Source: Eledone cirrhosa
Taxonomy: Eukaryota
Reading direction: 5' to 3'
Assembly (NCBI GenBank): GCA_964016885.1
Contig: OZ024749.1
Span: forward strand, 16,802,001 to 16,866,000
Length of the DNA: 64,000 bases
Each line of letters begins with the position of its first letter. The stretch's first letter is position 1. The notes below the pieces were generated by a model that ran no database searches, was not told the DNA's origin, and saw only the letters and a list, made by a program, of their open reading frames with translations. The position numbers and the translations under genes are program-made. Below, one piece after another: positions 13,766 through 27,508 of the stretch.

Positions 13766-14805
13766 ATTTTTCTCTTCATCATCTATATTAATGACATCAC
13801 TGACATCATCAAACACAGCAACATTAAAATTTTCGCTGATGATTCCAAGCTCCAAAAGGTCATCAATGGCGTGGATGACCGGATAAGCCTTCGGTCAGAC
13901 CTACTGGCTGTTACCCAATGGGCGGAAAAGAACAAGATGTTACTGAACGAAGACAAATTCGAACTGATCCACTTTCGAAAAGAGGATGCTCTGCAACTCC
14001 CGTACTCCCTTCCCTCCGGGGAAACTCTCGTGGCATCTAACAACATCAGAGACTTGGGAGTAACCGTGGACAGCAACATAAGCTGGACCACGCATATAAG
14101 CAGCAAAGTTGACATGGCCCGCAGAATGTGTTCCTGGATCCTCAGAACCTTCCAGTCGAGAGATTCCCGCACCATTATCCTTCTCTTCTCTACTTTTGCC
14201 CGACCACACCTTGAATACTGTTGTCCACTGTGGTCTCCCCACACGAAACAAAGTATCATGAAACTTGAAGCTCCTCAAAGGGCAATCACGAAAAAGATAG
14301 ATGGCATGTCAGACCTTGACTACTGGGGTCGATTAGAAAACCTGAAACTTTACTCACTCCAACGTCGCCGTGAGCGTTATATTATCTGCATGATGTGGAA
14401 AATGTTCCATCATCACTGCCCAAATGATGTTGGCATCGCCTTCAAGATACACCCAAGGCTTGGGCCCCGTGCTATCCGTCCCATTCAAAAATCTAAATCG
14501 CAACTCATAACAACAATACGGCACAATTATTTCACCTCAATCGGCCCTGCTCTCTTCAACATCACACCAGGACACGTCAAAACAGAAACTGACCACACAA
14601 AATTCAAGAAGTCTTTGGACAAATTCCTCCAAGTAATCCCGGACAAACCACCCACACCCGGATATGTCTCAGCAAACAGTAATTCTCTTCTCGAATGGGC
14701 CATGGTGCCCAAATCCTGAATTGAAAGACTTCGCCAGGTGGTGCTATTAAGTTAGACATGGCCTGGGCCAATACTGGCCAAAACATTTCAAAGTTATTCA
14801 AAGTT
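13766..14805 (+). mobile_element. 3' half of a CR1/L2-group non-LTR retrotransposon
   Basis: [43 protein letters not shown]; stop at 14719; short (TTCAAAGTTA)2 tail; between (TA)n tracts. Confidence 0.88.
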
Positions 14806-14815
14806 ATATATACAT

Positions 14816-14861
<46 letters not shown>

Positions 14862-15021
14862 ATATACATATACATGTATATATATATATATACATGTATA
14901 TATACATATACATGTATATATATATATATATATACATATACATGTATATATATATATATATATATACACATGTATATATATATATATATATATACATGTA
15001 TATATATATATATATATACAT

Positions 15022-15077
<56 letters not shown>

Positions 15078-15078
15078 A

Positions 15079-17225
15079 TCTATATATATAAAGGGAAGAT
15101 GGACATTGTTTAGTTTACCAAACTTGCATGCTACACCGTTCATCCAATTTTCATGAAACCTCACACATATATAAAACTCAACGCGTAGAGTGGAATAGGC
15201 TACTTGAAATTTTCGAAAAATCAATAATCGGTCCCTATGACAGAATGTTTCAATTCCAATGAAATTTTATGTGAATTCGAACACAAGAACTCTTAGTTTA
15301 CATTTGGCGCAATAAAAATAAATTTCTTATGCCCATATAAGGACGTGCGTTATTGATTGGACGGCCAGCTGCATGTCTTCCCAGCTGTCTCAGTAAACGA
15401 CCGACCATTAAAGAGTTTATCTTTTCATATTCCACCTTATTCAAGTGGAAATACAGTATTATCCCTATCTGAAAAGGGAACCAAATTTAATGGTGTCTTT
15501 TGTGAACCTAAAAGCTGTGAGTAAATTTTCAAACAGTCTTAAATAATCATGCTTTTTGAAAAAAAAATTACTAAATAATACGTTGACCAAGTTGTATTGT
15601 ACACATACAATACAAGTAAAAAAATTTACGTCGTACCAATGTTTTCTTTTTTTAAACAAAAGATTCTAAAATATTACTTAATTTAAAAGTCTTTTGCATA
15701 GGAAGTGAGTAACTTTTCAGGTGTTTAAACGTAAGTTCATCAGGGTTTGTGTCTTCATTATTAGCCCACCTCTAATGGCATTTTTTGTTCTGCTTACGAC
15801 TAAATGTTATGAGCGTATTTGCAATTAATTGCGCACACGTGCACACCTGCATGCAGATAGACACTGAAATGCTATCTTCTTTATTTTTAGTCTAGATCTA
15901 TTAGTTCTGTTAGAGCCGTGATTGATTACCATTGTATTATTTATACATAAGGCTCACCGGAGTATAAAGCGCAGAGCTGTTTTTTTTATTAAATTTAATT
16001 ATTTTAAGTGCAATTTATAGACCGGAAAATTCGGTAAGTTATTGTAATCATATTTCCAAACCTTCCCATTCACCAGTAACCATGCTAACGAATCTGGTGT
16101 CATCTCTCTCTGTATTTAATCACCTCTCTCTAACCTAATAGCTTCGTTACACGTCGTTATGCCCACACGGAAACGTTCAAGACTTACCTCCAAAAAAGAT
16201 ACAGCTACCGCATTGAGACAACGAATTAGGCGTTCTCAGGTATGAGTTCATTCACAATTGATTAATCCTTTATGCAATATTCTCCCTTAATGTTAGCAAG
16301 TACTGCGTTTATCCTAACTGTCACCACTTTTAAGCAACTACAACATTCTAATCGTAGTTATATTAAATTTATTGTCTTACCTTGATTCCCTTTTGTTCAT
16401 GTTAGACTTTTCTCATTTACTATTGACACTGCCATTGGCTTAGCTAACCAGTAGAATTAATTAATTTTCTCCAGGAAATACCTGCTGAGCGCGAATCTCG
16501 ACTCGCTGATAGACGTCTTTCCCGGCTGGTTGAGTCACCAACATCACGTACGACAAGGCTTGCTGATGTTCGCCTTCGTCGCCAACAAGCGCTGACGGAG
16601 GAATCACCAACATCCCGTCAGACGAGGCTTGAGGCTGTGGCAAAGGGCAATAACCCTAGATACAATTTTGATCAACTTTTTTTCACCTATAGCAAATTTA
16701 CCGGGACAGGTTTTTAGCTACTCAAATCTACTTCAGAGATCACGCATTGATGTAAAAAATCAATAAAACTGAAGCGGGGCTCGACTTTGCGCAAAAAACA
16801 AGGCAAAGTTACACATGGGAAAACATTTTACAGGAACGTCCTATATTCTTGAAAACTGTCACAAAAGACTCGCCATTATGCCGCGGTTAAGATAAAGGCC
16901 CTTTTAATTCTTCTTCTGCACATGTGAGCGCAAAAATTGTAAAAAAAAGAAAAAAAAACCCTGAAAGTAATCAACATTTTCACCCTGCTTTAAATTAACT
17001 GAACATTCAATATCAAGCGATTTTGACTTCCGTCAGTCGTGCAGAGAACAATTTCAACGATACACTGTGTAACTACAATTAATAAATTACACACCTGTCT
17101 ACTAACCTATTTTTTTTCATTGAAGTTCGAAGTTTTGAACCTGTGATGCGCGGGAAGTAACTTTCACACATTCTAACAGACCAAAGGTCGACTTACACCC
17201 GGGCAGCGCCGGGTACTTCTGCTAG
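15079..17225 (+). mobile_element. Non-autonomous Helitron (~2.15 kb)
   Basis: A|TCTATATATATAAAG 5' end; ACCCGG gcagcg CCGGGT hairpin at 17197-17214; CTAG|T 3' end; no TSD. Confidence 0.88.
16159..16717 (+). CDS. Spliced 107-aa ORF (exons 16159-16239, 16475-16717) with STPR-like ExxxxRxxRL repeats, RepHel N-terminal remnant
   Basis: Phase-0 CAG|GTATGA...CTAAC...TTCTCCAG|GAA; MPTRKRSRL...EIPAERESRL...ESPTSRTTRL...ESPTSRQTRL. Confidence 0.6.
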
Positions 17226-17417
17226 TGTATATATATATACATATACATGTATATACATATATATATATATGTATGGAACAGTCCAGAAATAGCCGTCCAA
17301 ACAGCTTCAGCTCTGCCGTCGGGGTTATAATATTTCCTATTACCCACTCTACTACTCTAAGTATTGAGTACTCTGGTGCGTTATGGTCCATCTGGTTCTT
17401 TACCACAATCCCTTCGT

Positions 17418-18605
17418 TATCATCATCATCATCATCGTTTAACATCCATATTCCACGCTTGTATGGGTTAGGACGGGAGTTTTCCCACTTGAGGCAAGAG
17501 TGGTTGTCTTGCTTGCATAGGACTGTCTGGCGGGTTTTCTACGGCTGGATGCCCTTCCTAACACCAAACGCATATGCAGTGTGGAACTGGGAGGTTTTTA
17601 CCGTGTTACCTACACGGCCAGATTACAGCGTGGACTGTGTGTTTTTTTGTTGTGACACCTACACGACCTCATTCGTTTCGGGCTGGATTTTGTGGTACCA
17701 ACATAACTTTACATTGAAAGGGGTGGTGTGGATGGGGTGGGGGTAGTGGGACGGGGGTGTATTTTGTTAGAGGTGCCTACTGACTGTAGTAGGTTTCACT
17801 TTGTACTTAGGTAAGACGGGTCTTCTCTATTACTGTGTAGCGCCAAAGGTCTCGGTCCAGTGACATTGTCTTGGAGAGGTGTAAGTGCATGATGTCGGAA
17901 TTTATCAAGTCGTCCCAGGTTTTTCTGGGTCTGCCTACTCCGTGGCTACCGTCTATTTTTATTGCCCTGCACTTTTTTATACAGCTGTCGTCTTTCATGC
18001 GCATCACGTGACCATACCAACGCAGTCTTCTCTCGAGTAAACAACATCTGATCCCTCTTATTTCTAATTTTTCCCTTAGTTCATTTATGCTTTGCCGTTC
18101 ACGTACATTACTATTATACATCCAGCGGAGCATGCAAGCTTCATTCCTCTTCAGTCTGCATATATCCTCTGCACACAATGCCCAGGTCTCACTGCCATGC
18201 AACATTGCTGTTCGTATGCAGGCATCATACAGCCTGCCTTTCATTTTTAGGGAGAACCCTTTAGCGGCTAATAGTGTATAAGCTCTCTGAACTTTTTCCA
18301 TCCAGTTCTGACTCTAGCTTTCAGAGCACCCTCCCCCATTGCTGATTTTGTCACCCAGGTAACGGAAGCTGTCCACTATTTCTATAGAACCATCTGTGCA
18401 ATGGAATGAGCTAGTATTCTGTGGGCATTTGCTGCTACTTATTGCACCTGAGCAGCGGCCACATATAAAATCTATGTTCTTAGTTAGCTTACCTGTGATC
18501 CCACTACATCTTTTATGCACCCATACTTTGCATTTGGGACATAAAATGAAGTTTCTACCTACTCCATTCCTACACACTGAGCATGGCCACTTCCCGGATG
18601 GGATT
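17418..18605 (-). mobile_element. RTE LINE 3' fragment (family A) with PHD finger, 3' UTR and (GAT)n tail
   Basis: ORFs 17807-18301 and 18314-18605, highly similar to 27509-28680. Confidence 0.9.
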
Positions 18606-19276
18606 ATATATACACATATATGTATATATACATATATATATACATATATATATATATACATATATATATGCCTGTGTCTACCGTTCCTTCCTAAACCAGT
18701 TCCTAGATCATGATCACAACACCGTCATCCTGAAATACCACATCCACCAGATGCTGAAGAATGCACACGTCATGAAGAGTCTGTTGCACAAGGTAAATAG
18801 TATGTGTGTGTGTGTATATATATATGTATGTGTGTGTGTATATATATATATATGTGTTTGTGTGTGTATGTGTGTATATATATATGTGTGTGTGTGTATA
18901 TATATATATATGTGTGTGTGTGTGTATATATATATGTGTGTGTGTGTATATATATATATATATAGTTAGGGAGATGTGTATATAACAAATAATGTATATA
19001 ATCTACGCCTAATTGTGATTAAAACTTCTACTTTGCAGCTTACAACTGTAGCTGGCAGCTGTGATGTTGACAAGAATGTAGTACTCAATATAGGGTGCAT
19101 GATAGAGTAGCATTGAGGAAGGGGAAAATACATAATGAAATACACACAAATATATATATAGTATATATACATACATACTATATATATATATATAAAAGGT
19201 AAACAGAAATAACAACACAATCGGTTCAGTATATGGAAGGGATATATTAGGTTAACGATTGATATAGCAGGAAGAG

Positions 19277-19316
19277 AGTTTTAACGTTTCAGACGCTAGT
19301 CCTTCATCAGAAGAAA
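19277..19316 (-). ncRNA. Minimal type I hammerhead motif
   Basis: ctt-CTGATGA-a-GGAC tagc GTCT-GAAA-CG-TT-aaaac; stem I is weak. Confidence 0.65.
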
Positions 19317-19473
19317 GAATGAGAAATAAAATATATTAAGGGGACGGGTGGGGTTGAATTGAAATAAATGTATTTAGATAAAAATAACCGGTCCTTTCAT
19401 GTTGACATCTCTTGCAAATCTCTATATATATATATATATATCAATGATATTAATAAATGGAAACTATATTTAA

Positions 19474-19528
19474 TCTATTATATATATTTCAAGGGTACCA
19501 AAACTTTGGTACGCTCTCATCAGATAAA
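19474..19528 (-). ncRNA. Type I hammerhead motif in a short dispersed repeat (19445-19590)
   Basis: tttat-CTGATGA-gagc GTACCA aagttt TGGTAC cctt-GAAA-TATATA-TA-ataga. Confidence 0.72.
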
Positions 19529-19659
19529 ATACAAAGGTTGTTATATAAATAGTGACATACCCAGGAATGATACCTTAACGGTTTAAGTTTCTCCTGGATA
19601 GTGAAAGGAAAGAGAGAAAAAGGGAAGAAAGGAAAAACAAATACTTCAAATTATTTTGA

Positions 19660-19935
19660 TGAATATGCAGATGATAATTTACCACAAATATTACAGTGAT
19701 ATGGCTTTTCTCCAGTATATATATATGTTTCTATGTAGTTAATGTAGCAATGAAAGAGAATAATTTCTCCCCAGTATCACAGTGGTATGTCTTCTCACTC
19801 ATATAAATGTATTTGTGTTTAATCAATTGACCATTTTGAGATAATGAGATATGACTTTGTTATGGTTTCTCACCTGTATGGGTATATTTGTGTCTACTTA
19901 AACTACTTGAAACGGAGAATCATTTACTACAGATA
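19660..19935 (-). pseudogene. About three decayed C2H2 finger units downstream of the ZNF stop codon
   Basis: Recognisable ggtgagaaaccata and ggagaaaagccatatcactgtaatatttgtggtaaa remnants on the minus strand. Confidence 0.75.
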
Positions 19936-21438
19936 TCAGTGATATGCTTTCTTACATCTATGTATACATCTGTGTTTAGATAAATGACTACTTTCAAAGA
20001 ATGATTTTCCACAGATATCGCAGTGGTATGGCTTATCTCCTTTATGGGTACGTATGTGAGACATTAAGGAACTACTCCAAGAGAATGATTTACCACAGAT
20101 ATCACAATGATATGGCTTGTCTCCTGTATGTATATGTTTGTGTGTAATTAATTGACTACTTTGACAGAATGATTTACCACAGATTTCACAGTGGAATGGC
20201 TTGTCTCCTGTATGTGTACGTTTGTGGGAAGTTAAGTGACCACTTTGAGAGAATGATTTACCGCAGATATCACAGTGATATGGCTTGTCTCCTGTATGGG
20301 TATGTTTGTGAGTAGTTAAGGCACTACTGACAGAGAATGATTTACCACAGATATCACAGTGGTATGGCTTGTCCCCTGTATGTATACGTAAGTGTTTAGT
20401 TAAGGTACTACTTTCAGAGAATGATTTACCACAGATGTCACAGTGATATGGCTTGTCTCCTGTATGGGTACGTTTGTGAGTAGTTAAGGCACTACCATCA
20501 GAGAATGATTTACCACAGATAGCACAGTGATATGGCTTGCCTCCTGTATGTATACGTTTGTGGGTAGTTAAGTGACTACTAACAGAGAATGATTTACCAC
20601 AGATATCACAGTGATATGGCTTCTCTCCTGTATGTATACGTAAGTGTTTAGTTAAGGTACTACTTTCAGAGAATGATTTACCACAGATATCACAGTGATA
20701 TGGCTTCTCACCTGTATGTGTACGTTTATGACTAGTTAAGGCAATACTGACAGAGAATGATTTACCACAGATATCACAATGATATGGCTTGTCTCCTGTA
20801 TGTATACGTTTGTGTTTAGTTAAGGTGGTACTATCAAAGAATGATTTACCACAGATATCACAGTGGTATGGCTTGTCTCCTGTATGTATACGTTTGTGGC
20901 TAGTTAAGGTAGTACTATGAGAGAATGATTTACCACAGATATCACAGTGGTATGGCTTGTCTCCTGTATGGGTACGTAAGTGTTTAGTTAAGGTACCACT
21001 TTGAGAGAATGATTTACCACAGACATTACAGTGGTATGATTTCTCTCCTGTATGGGTACGTTTGTGAGTAGTTAAGGTACTACTATCAGAGAATGATTTA
21101 CCACAGGTATCACAGTGATATGGCTTGTCTCCTGTATGTATACGTTTGTGTCTAGTTAAGGTACTACTATCAGAGAATGATTTACCACAGATATCACAAT
21201 GATATGGTTTGTCTCCTGTATGTGTACATTTGTGGCTAGTTAATGATTTACCACAATATGGCTTCTCTCCTGTATGCATAACTTTGTGAGTAATTAAGGT
21301 ACTACGTTTATTGAATGATTTACCACAGATATCAGAGTGATATGGCTTCTCTTCTCTAACTTTTGTCATTTCACCAGGAATACTTAACACTTTAGATTGT
21401 GTTTCACATTTAATCTTCCCAGTCAACATATTTTCCAT
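19936..21438 (-). CDS. Tandem C2H2 zinc-finger protein (15 intact fingers, 2 degenerate N-terminal fingers), single coding exon
   Basis: 84-bp period; CxxC-x12-H-x3-H with TG(E/D)KPY linkers; 500-aa ORF. Confidence 0.95.
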   Translation of the reverse strand: MENMLTGKIKCETQSKVLSIPGEMTKVREEKPYHSDICGKSFNKRSTLITHKVMHTGEKPYCGKSLTSHKCTHTGDKPYHCDICGKSFSDSSTLTRHKRIHTGDKPYHCDTCGKSFSDSSTLTTHKRTHTGEKSYHCNVCGKSFSQSGTLTKHLRTHTGDKPYHCDICGKSFSHSTTLTSHKRIHTGDKPYHCDICGKSFFDSTTLTKHKRIHTGDKPYHCDICGKSFSVSIALTSHKRTHTGEKPYHCDICGKSFSESSTLTKHLRIHTGEKPYHCDICGKSFSVSSHLTTHKRIHTGGKPYHCAICGKSFSDGSALTTHKRTHTGDKPYHCDICGKSFSESSTLTKHLRIHTGDKPYHCDICGKSFSVSSALTTHKHTHTGDKPYHCDICGKSFSQSGHLTSHKRTHTGDKPFHCEICGKSFCQSSQLITHKHIHTGDKPYHCDICGKSFSWSSSLMSHIRTHKGDKPYHCDICGKSFFESSHLSKHRCIHRCKKAYH

Positions 21439-21938
21439 GATTTTTTCTTCAACAGAATATACAAATGTTTTACTTGTACAAATGTTTTACTTATACAAAA
21501 GTTTTACTTATATTTCTTATATTATATTCCTAAAAATATATCTTCTATATTTCCCTCAACTGTGATTTCAGTTAATATCTGAAGATAATACAAACTTATG
21601 TTTCATCCAAGTTTAGTGAAAATACAAAATAATCTCATAGTGATAAAAATAAACTCAGTTCTGAGGAAATATTTCACAGTAATTGAACTATAGATTTATA
21701 TAAACAGTGTCATATAAGTTCTGTTTAAAATGTTTTAGTCTTCAAATGATGATAAATATAGTTGATGTATCCAAGATTGAAAATAATAATTTATCCCACT
21801 GTCATCTGGTATTCTGAAATGAAAAAGAAACAGTATGAGATAATAGAGAATACTTTAGAAGCAGAGATAGATTTAACAGTGGAAATTTTATATTTCTATA
21901 TTGATAAACTGTAGATATATATTTCTTACAAGATATAC

Positions 21939-23483
21939 AGCCGCTAAGAGAGAAGCAAGATGTCAGGTGTACTTAGCACACAGGGAGGCTGAGAGTAGGA
22001 GGTTTGCCAATGTTCTGCGACAGGAAGATCAGAGGCGTGCGGTGTTCCACATTGCAAGGCAGTGTGTCAATGCAAATCAGGATGTTGTTGAAGATAAATG
22101 TGTCCGGAATGATGCCGGTGTACTTAGTGTCACAAATGATTAGAAAAAGGAGGCCTGGGAATATCATTATGAGAGGCTGATGAATGTGGAGAACGAATGG
22201 GAGAGAGAGAAATTACCCTCAGTAGATCTGACAGAGGGACCAGCTATTGAGATTGATGAATATAGGGTCCAAGAGGTAATTAAGGAAATGAAAAATGGTA
22301 AGGCCGCTGGACCGTCAGGGATAGTTGCTGAGATGCTGAAGGCATCAGGGGACGTAGGCACCAAACTGGTTGCACGCATAATCAATCAGGCTATATATGG
22401 TGGTGTCATACCCAAAGACTGGTGCCGCAGTATTCACATAAATTGTTACAAAGGTAAAGGGGATGCTCTGGAGAGGAGCAATTATAGGGGTATAAAACTG
22501 ATGGATCAGGTTATGAAAGTGGCAGAAAGGATATTAGCACAACTAATTAGAGAAAGGGTCAAACTAGATGAGATGCAGTTTGGTTTTGTGCCTGGGAAAA
22601 GTACAACAGATGCCCTCTTCTTGGTGAGACAATTACGAGAGAGGTTCTTAGTAAAAAGAATAAGCCACTATACTTATACTTTGTTACCCTAGAGAAGGCC
22701 ATTGATAGGGTACCCCAATCTGTCATCTGGTGGTCCTAAGGAAAGAAGGTGTTGAGGAATGGCTTGTGAGGACAGTGCAAACTTTGTACAGAGGTGCTGT
22801 CAGTAAAGTGAGGGTAGGAATGGAGTTTTGTGAGGAATTCCAGATACAAGTAGGTGTATATCAAGGTTCGGTCCTCAGCCCGCTCTTGTTCATTATAGTC
22901 CTCCAAGCCATAACAGAGGAGATTAAAACTGGCTGTCCATGGGAACTTCTCTATGTTGATGATCTGGTTCTTATAGCAGAATCAGTAGTTCGATATTCAG
23001 AAAAGGAACTGGCATAAATTCTATAAAATGTACACAATGCAGATCCTGGGAACACAAGAGATGTAGCGGGATAGCAGGCAAACTAACAGGTAGGGAGAAA
23101 TACGTATGCAGTAGATGTACAGGGAAATTATACAGTAGAAGTCGCAGTGATAGACACATTTTTCAAATGCGGGCGGGTGCTATAGAAGTGGTGGATAGCT
23201 TCCGGTACATTGGAGATCAGATTAGCATGGGAGGGAGGGTGTTCCGAGGCCATAGTATCTAGAATAAGGAGGGGTTGAAAGAAGTTTAGAGAGCTGCTGT
23301 CGAAGAAGGGTTTCTCCCTGCGGACGAAAGGCCGGTTATATGATGCCTGTGTGAGGAGCGCGATGCTGCATGGTAGTAAGACATGAGCAGCAACTGCAGA
23401 AGACCGTGACAAGTGGAGAGATGCTGTGCTGAATAGGACCCTTGCAAGCAGGGAAAAGCGGATGTAAAATAATGATGATGATG
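21939..23483 (+). mobile_element. Decayed RTE LINE (family B) with internal deletions
   Basis: ORF pieces 21901-22143, 22180-22692, 22730-23017; 3' end and (GAT)n tail as at 33100-33157. Confidence 0.9.
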
Positions 23484-23643
23484 ATATATATATACATACA
23501 TACATATACATACATATATATACATACCTATATACATATATATATATACATATATATATACATATATATATACATATATATATACATACCTATATATATA
23601 TATACATATACATACCTACATATATATATACATATATATATAC

Positions 23644-23683
<40 letters not shown>

Positions 23684-23703
23684 ATATATATTTATATACA
23701 TAG

Positions 23704-23777
<74 letters not shown>

Positions 23778-23832
23778 ATATACATATATACATACCTATA
23801 TATATATACATATATATATATATATACATACC

Positions 23833-23908
<76 letters not shown>

Positions 23909-24014
23909 CATATATATACATATATATATATACATACATATATATATACATACATATTTATACATACATACATATATATATATACATATATATATATATA
24001 CATAAGTATACAGT

Positions 24015-26529
24015 ATACAGTAACAGATTTAAAGATATTTTACTCAATGCCTACGACAGTAAAGAAGAACAGATAGAGACATTCAATGTAGAAGAGAACT
24101 GGGAGTTCCTAAAAAATAATTTACTAGAGGCGACGGATGAGGTCTGTGGCTGGAGTACGACCACAAGCAGGAGGAGAGTGACTTGGTGGTGGAACAATAA
24201 GGTAGATGAAGCAGTTAAGGCCAAGAGACAGGCATGGAAAGAATGGAAGAACAGGGGGAGCAGGGTACATTACATAGAGACCAAGAGGGAAGCTAGGCGA
24301 CAAGTATACTTAGCTAGGAGGGAAGCAGAGGATAGAAAATTCAAGCATGTTTTGCAATGTGAGGACCAGAAACAGGAGGTGTTCAAGATTGCGAGGCAGT
24401 GTGTCAGAGATAGTTGTGATGTCATTGGAGAGAAGTGTATCCGGAATGATAAAGGTGAGCTTGCCCTCACAAGTGCTGAGAAGAAAGATGCATCGAAGAG
24501 TCATTATGATAGATTACTAAATGAGGAGAATGCATGGGAAGAAGAGACCCTACCCCAAGTAGACCCTATAGAGGGGCCAGCAGTACAAGTCAGCAGCAAC
24601 GTAGTAAGTAAGGCAATCAAAGATATGAAGATGGGGAAGGCAACCGGTCCATCGGGTATAGCTGCCGAGATGCTGAAGGCATCTGGGTCTGTAGGTCACA
24701 CTATAACCACACGTATTGTTAACCAGGTAATACTAGAAGGTGTCATACCAAAAGATTGGTGCAGTAGCATCATTGTCAACTGCTACAATGGTAAAGGTGA
24801 TGCACTAGATAGAGGAAACTATAGAGGTATAAAGTTGATGGACCAGGTCATGAAAGTAACAGAAAGAGTTATAGCACAGTTGATTAGGGACCGGGTGAAA
24901 ATAGACGAGATGCAATTTGGGTTTGTACCAGGAAGAGGCACCACTGATGCCCTCTTCCATGTGAGGCAGTTACAGGAAAAGTACCTAGCTAAAAGTAAGC
25001 CACTCTACTTGGCATTTGTCGACCTTGAGAAAGCCTTTGACAAAGTTCCACGTGCTGTAATCTGGTGGGCTCTTAGAAAACTAGGAGTAGATGAATGGCT
25101 TGTGAAAGCGGTACAAGCCATGTATAGGGGAGCAGTCAACAAAGTTAGGATTAGCAATGAGTATAGCGAGGAATTTAGCGTACAGGTTGGGGTCCACCAG
25201 GGCTCTGTTATTAGCCCCTTCCTGTTCATCATAGTCCTGCAGGCAATAACGGAGGAGATTAAGACCGGATGCCCATGGGAACTCCTGTATGCTGATGACC
25301 TCGCACTTATAGCTGAATCTATGGTAGAACTAGAGAAGAAATTCCAAACTTGGAAGCAGGGACTAGAAAGAAAGGGTCTCAAAGTCAACATGACAAAGAC
25401 TAAGGTCCTTGTAAGTAGATGAGAAAACAGAACCCAGATCCCCTCAGGGAAATGGCCTTGCTCAGTATGTAGGAAAGGTGTAGGTAGGAACTCCATTGTC
25501 TGCCCCAAATGCAAACAATGGGTACACAAGAGATGTAGCGGGATCTCAGGAAGCTTAATTAAGAATGTAGGCTTCACATGCAGCAAACAGCCACAGGAAA
25601 CAAGTACCACCAATCGCTGGGAGGGCTCTGTAGAAACAGTAGACAGCTTCTGCTACCTAGGTGACCGAATTAGCAGCGGAGGTGGGTGTTCAGAAAGTAC
25701 AATAACTAGGGTAAGAACGGGATGGAAGAAGTTTAGGGAACTACTACCACTGCTAGCTGCAAAAGGCTTCTCCCTCGAATGAAAGGCAGACTGTATGATG
25801 CATGTATCTGAACAGTGATGTTGCATGGTAGTGAGACCTGGGCGCTGAAGGTGGAAGACTTACGTAGATTAGAGAGAAACGAAGCCTGCATGCTCCGATG
25901 GATGTGTAACAGTAATATACGTGAACGACAAAGCATAAATGAATTGAGAAAGAGACTGAGCATAAGAGGAATCAAATGCTGTGTGCAGGAGAGGCGGTTG
26001 CGCTGGTATGGACATGTGATGCGTATGAAGGATGACAGCTGCATAAAAAGGTGCAGAGCACTAGAAGTTGATGGAAACCGCGGTTTGGGGAGACCCAAGA
26101 TGACCTGGGATGAGGTGATAAAAGCCGACCTTACCCAATTACACCTCTCAAAGGCAATGACACACGACCGTGACTTTTGGCGTCACGCAGTAATATAGAG
26201 TACCCGACCTCCCATGGGTACAAACTGAAGCATATAGAAAATATGCCCCCACACCCCCCACCGTAAGGTGGTCGTAGAGGTGCCACGGCAAAAAAGCACC
26301 CAGCCCACACTGTAAAGTGGACGTGTAGGCGCCACGAAAAAGCACCCAGCACTCACTGTAAATGAGGTTGGTGTTAGGAAGGGCATCCAGCTGTAGAAAT
26401 CAAGCCAAATCAGTTCCTGTATGAGCAAGGCATGGTCAGCCGACCAGACACTGCCCACAACAGGACAACCTGTCTAACCCATGCTAGCGTGGAAGAACGG
26501 ACGTAAAACGGTGATGATGATGATGATGA
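24015..26529 (+). mobile_element. RTE LINE (family C), 5'-truncated, with stop and frameshift
   Basis: ORF 24178-25422 (DLEKAFD, GVHQGS, YADD), PHD remnant, ORF 25815-26198, 3' UTR and (GAT)n tail. Confidence 0.92.
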
Positions 26530-26558
26530 TACATATATATACACATATATATACATAC

Positions 26559-26647
<89 letters not shown>

Positions 26648-26651
26648 CATA

Positions 26652-26697
26652 CATCATCATCATCGTTTAACGTCCATCTTCCACGCTTGCATGGGTT
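26652..26697 (-). mobile_element. Ultra-short RTE family A 3'-end insertion
   Basis: aacccatgcaagcgtggaagatggacgttaaac(gat)n within (TA)n. Confidence 0.75.
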
Positions 26698-26760
26698 TAT
26701 ATATATATACATATTCAATATATTAATAAATGGAAACTATATTTATAAAACCATAATTAT

Positions 26761-26819
26761 TGTATTATATATATTTCAAGGGCAACCAAGGCAATTTTGG
26801 TGAGCTTTCATCAGATAAA
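26761..26819 (-). ncRNA. Type I hammerhead motif, paralogue of 19474-19528
   Basis: tttat-CTGATGA-aag ctc ACCAA..TTGGT tgcc ctt-GAAA-TATATA-TA-ataca. Confidence 0.65.
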
Positions 26820-26979
26820 ATACAAAATATGTTTTATAAATGTTGACATACCAGTGGAAAAACAACCTTGATGGTTATAGTTAATATATTGAATATTTAC
26901 TCCAGTAATCTGTTGAGTGTTTTATATCAGTTATAAAACCTTTAAGCTTGTTGAATCCCAACAAATTAAATATAACTTC

Positions 26980-27099
<120 letters not shown>

Positions 27100-27164
27100 A
27101 TATATTAACAAATTATATATATAACATATTATATTATATATTATATTATATATTATTATATATA

Positions 27165-27354
27165 AAGGGCGGTGGATTGGCAGTATCGGTAGAGAGTCGG
27201 ACACCATGCTTTCCAGCATAGTTACGTCCCTTTACGATCTGAGTTCAAATCCCGCCGAGGTTGACTTTGCCTTTCATCCTTACGGGGTCGATAAAATAAA
27301 GTACCAGTAAGGCACTGGGTAATTGCTGGCCTTGTGCCTAAAGTAGAAACAATT
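27165..27354 (+). mobile_element. tRNA-derived SINE
   Basis: A-box TGGCAGTATCGG, B-box GAGTTCAAATCC, central gactttgcctttcatccttacggggtcgataaaat; copies at 42911-43090 and 40935-41090. Confidence 0.85.
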
Positions 27355-27458
27355 ATATTATATATTGTATATTTACTCCACTAACTGTTGAGTGCTTTAT
27401 ATCAGTTATAAAAATGTTTAAGATTGTTGAATCCCAACAAATTAAATATAACCTCTGC

Positions 27459-27508
<50 letters not shown>

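Noticed and set aside
19936-19938. TGA at a Cys position of the ZNF as possible selenocysteine or readthrough
   Set aside because: Produced by a 2-bp deletion; the frame after it hits TAG TAA at once
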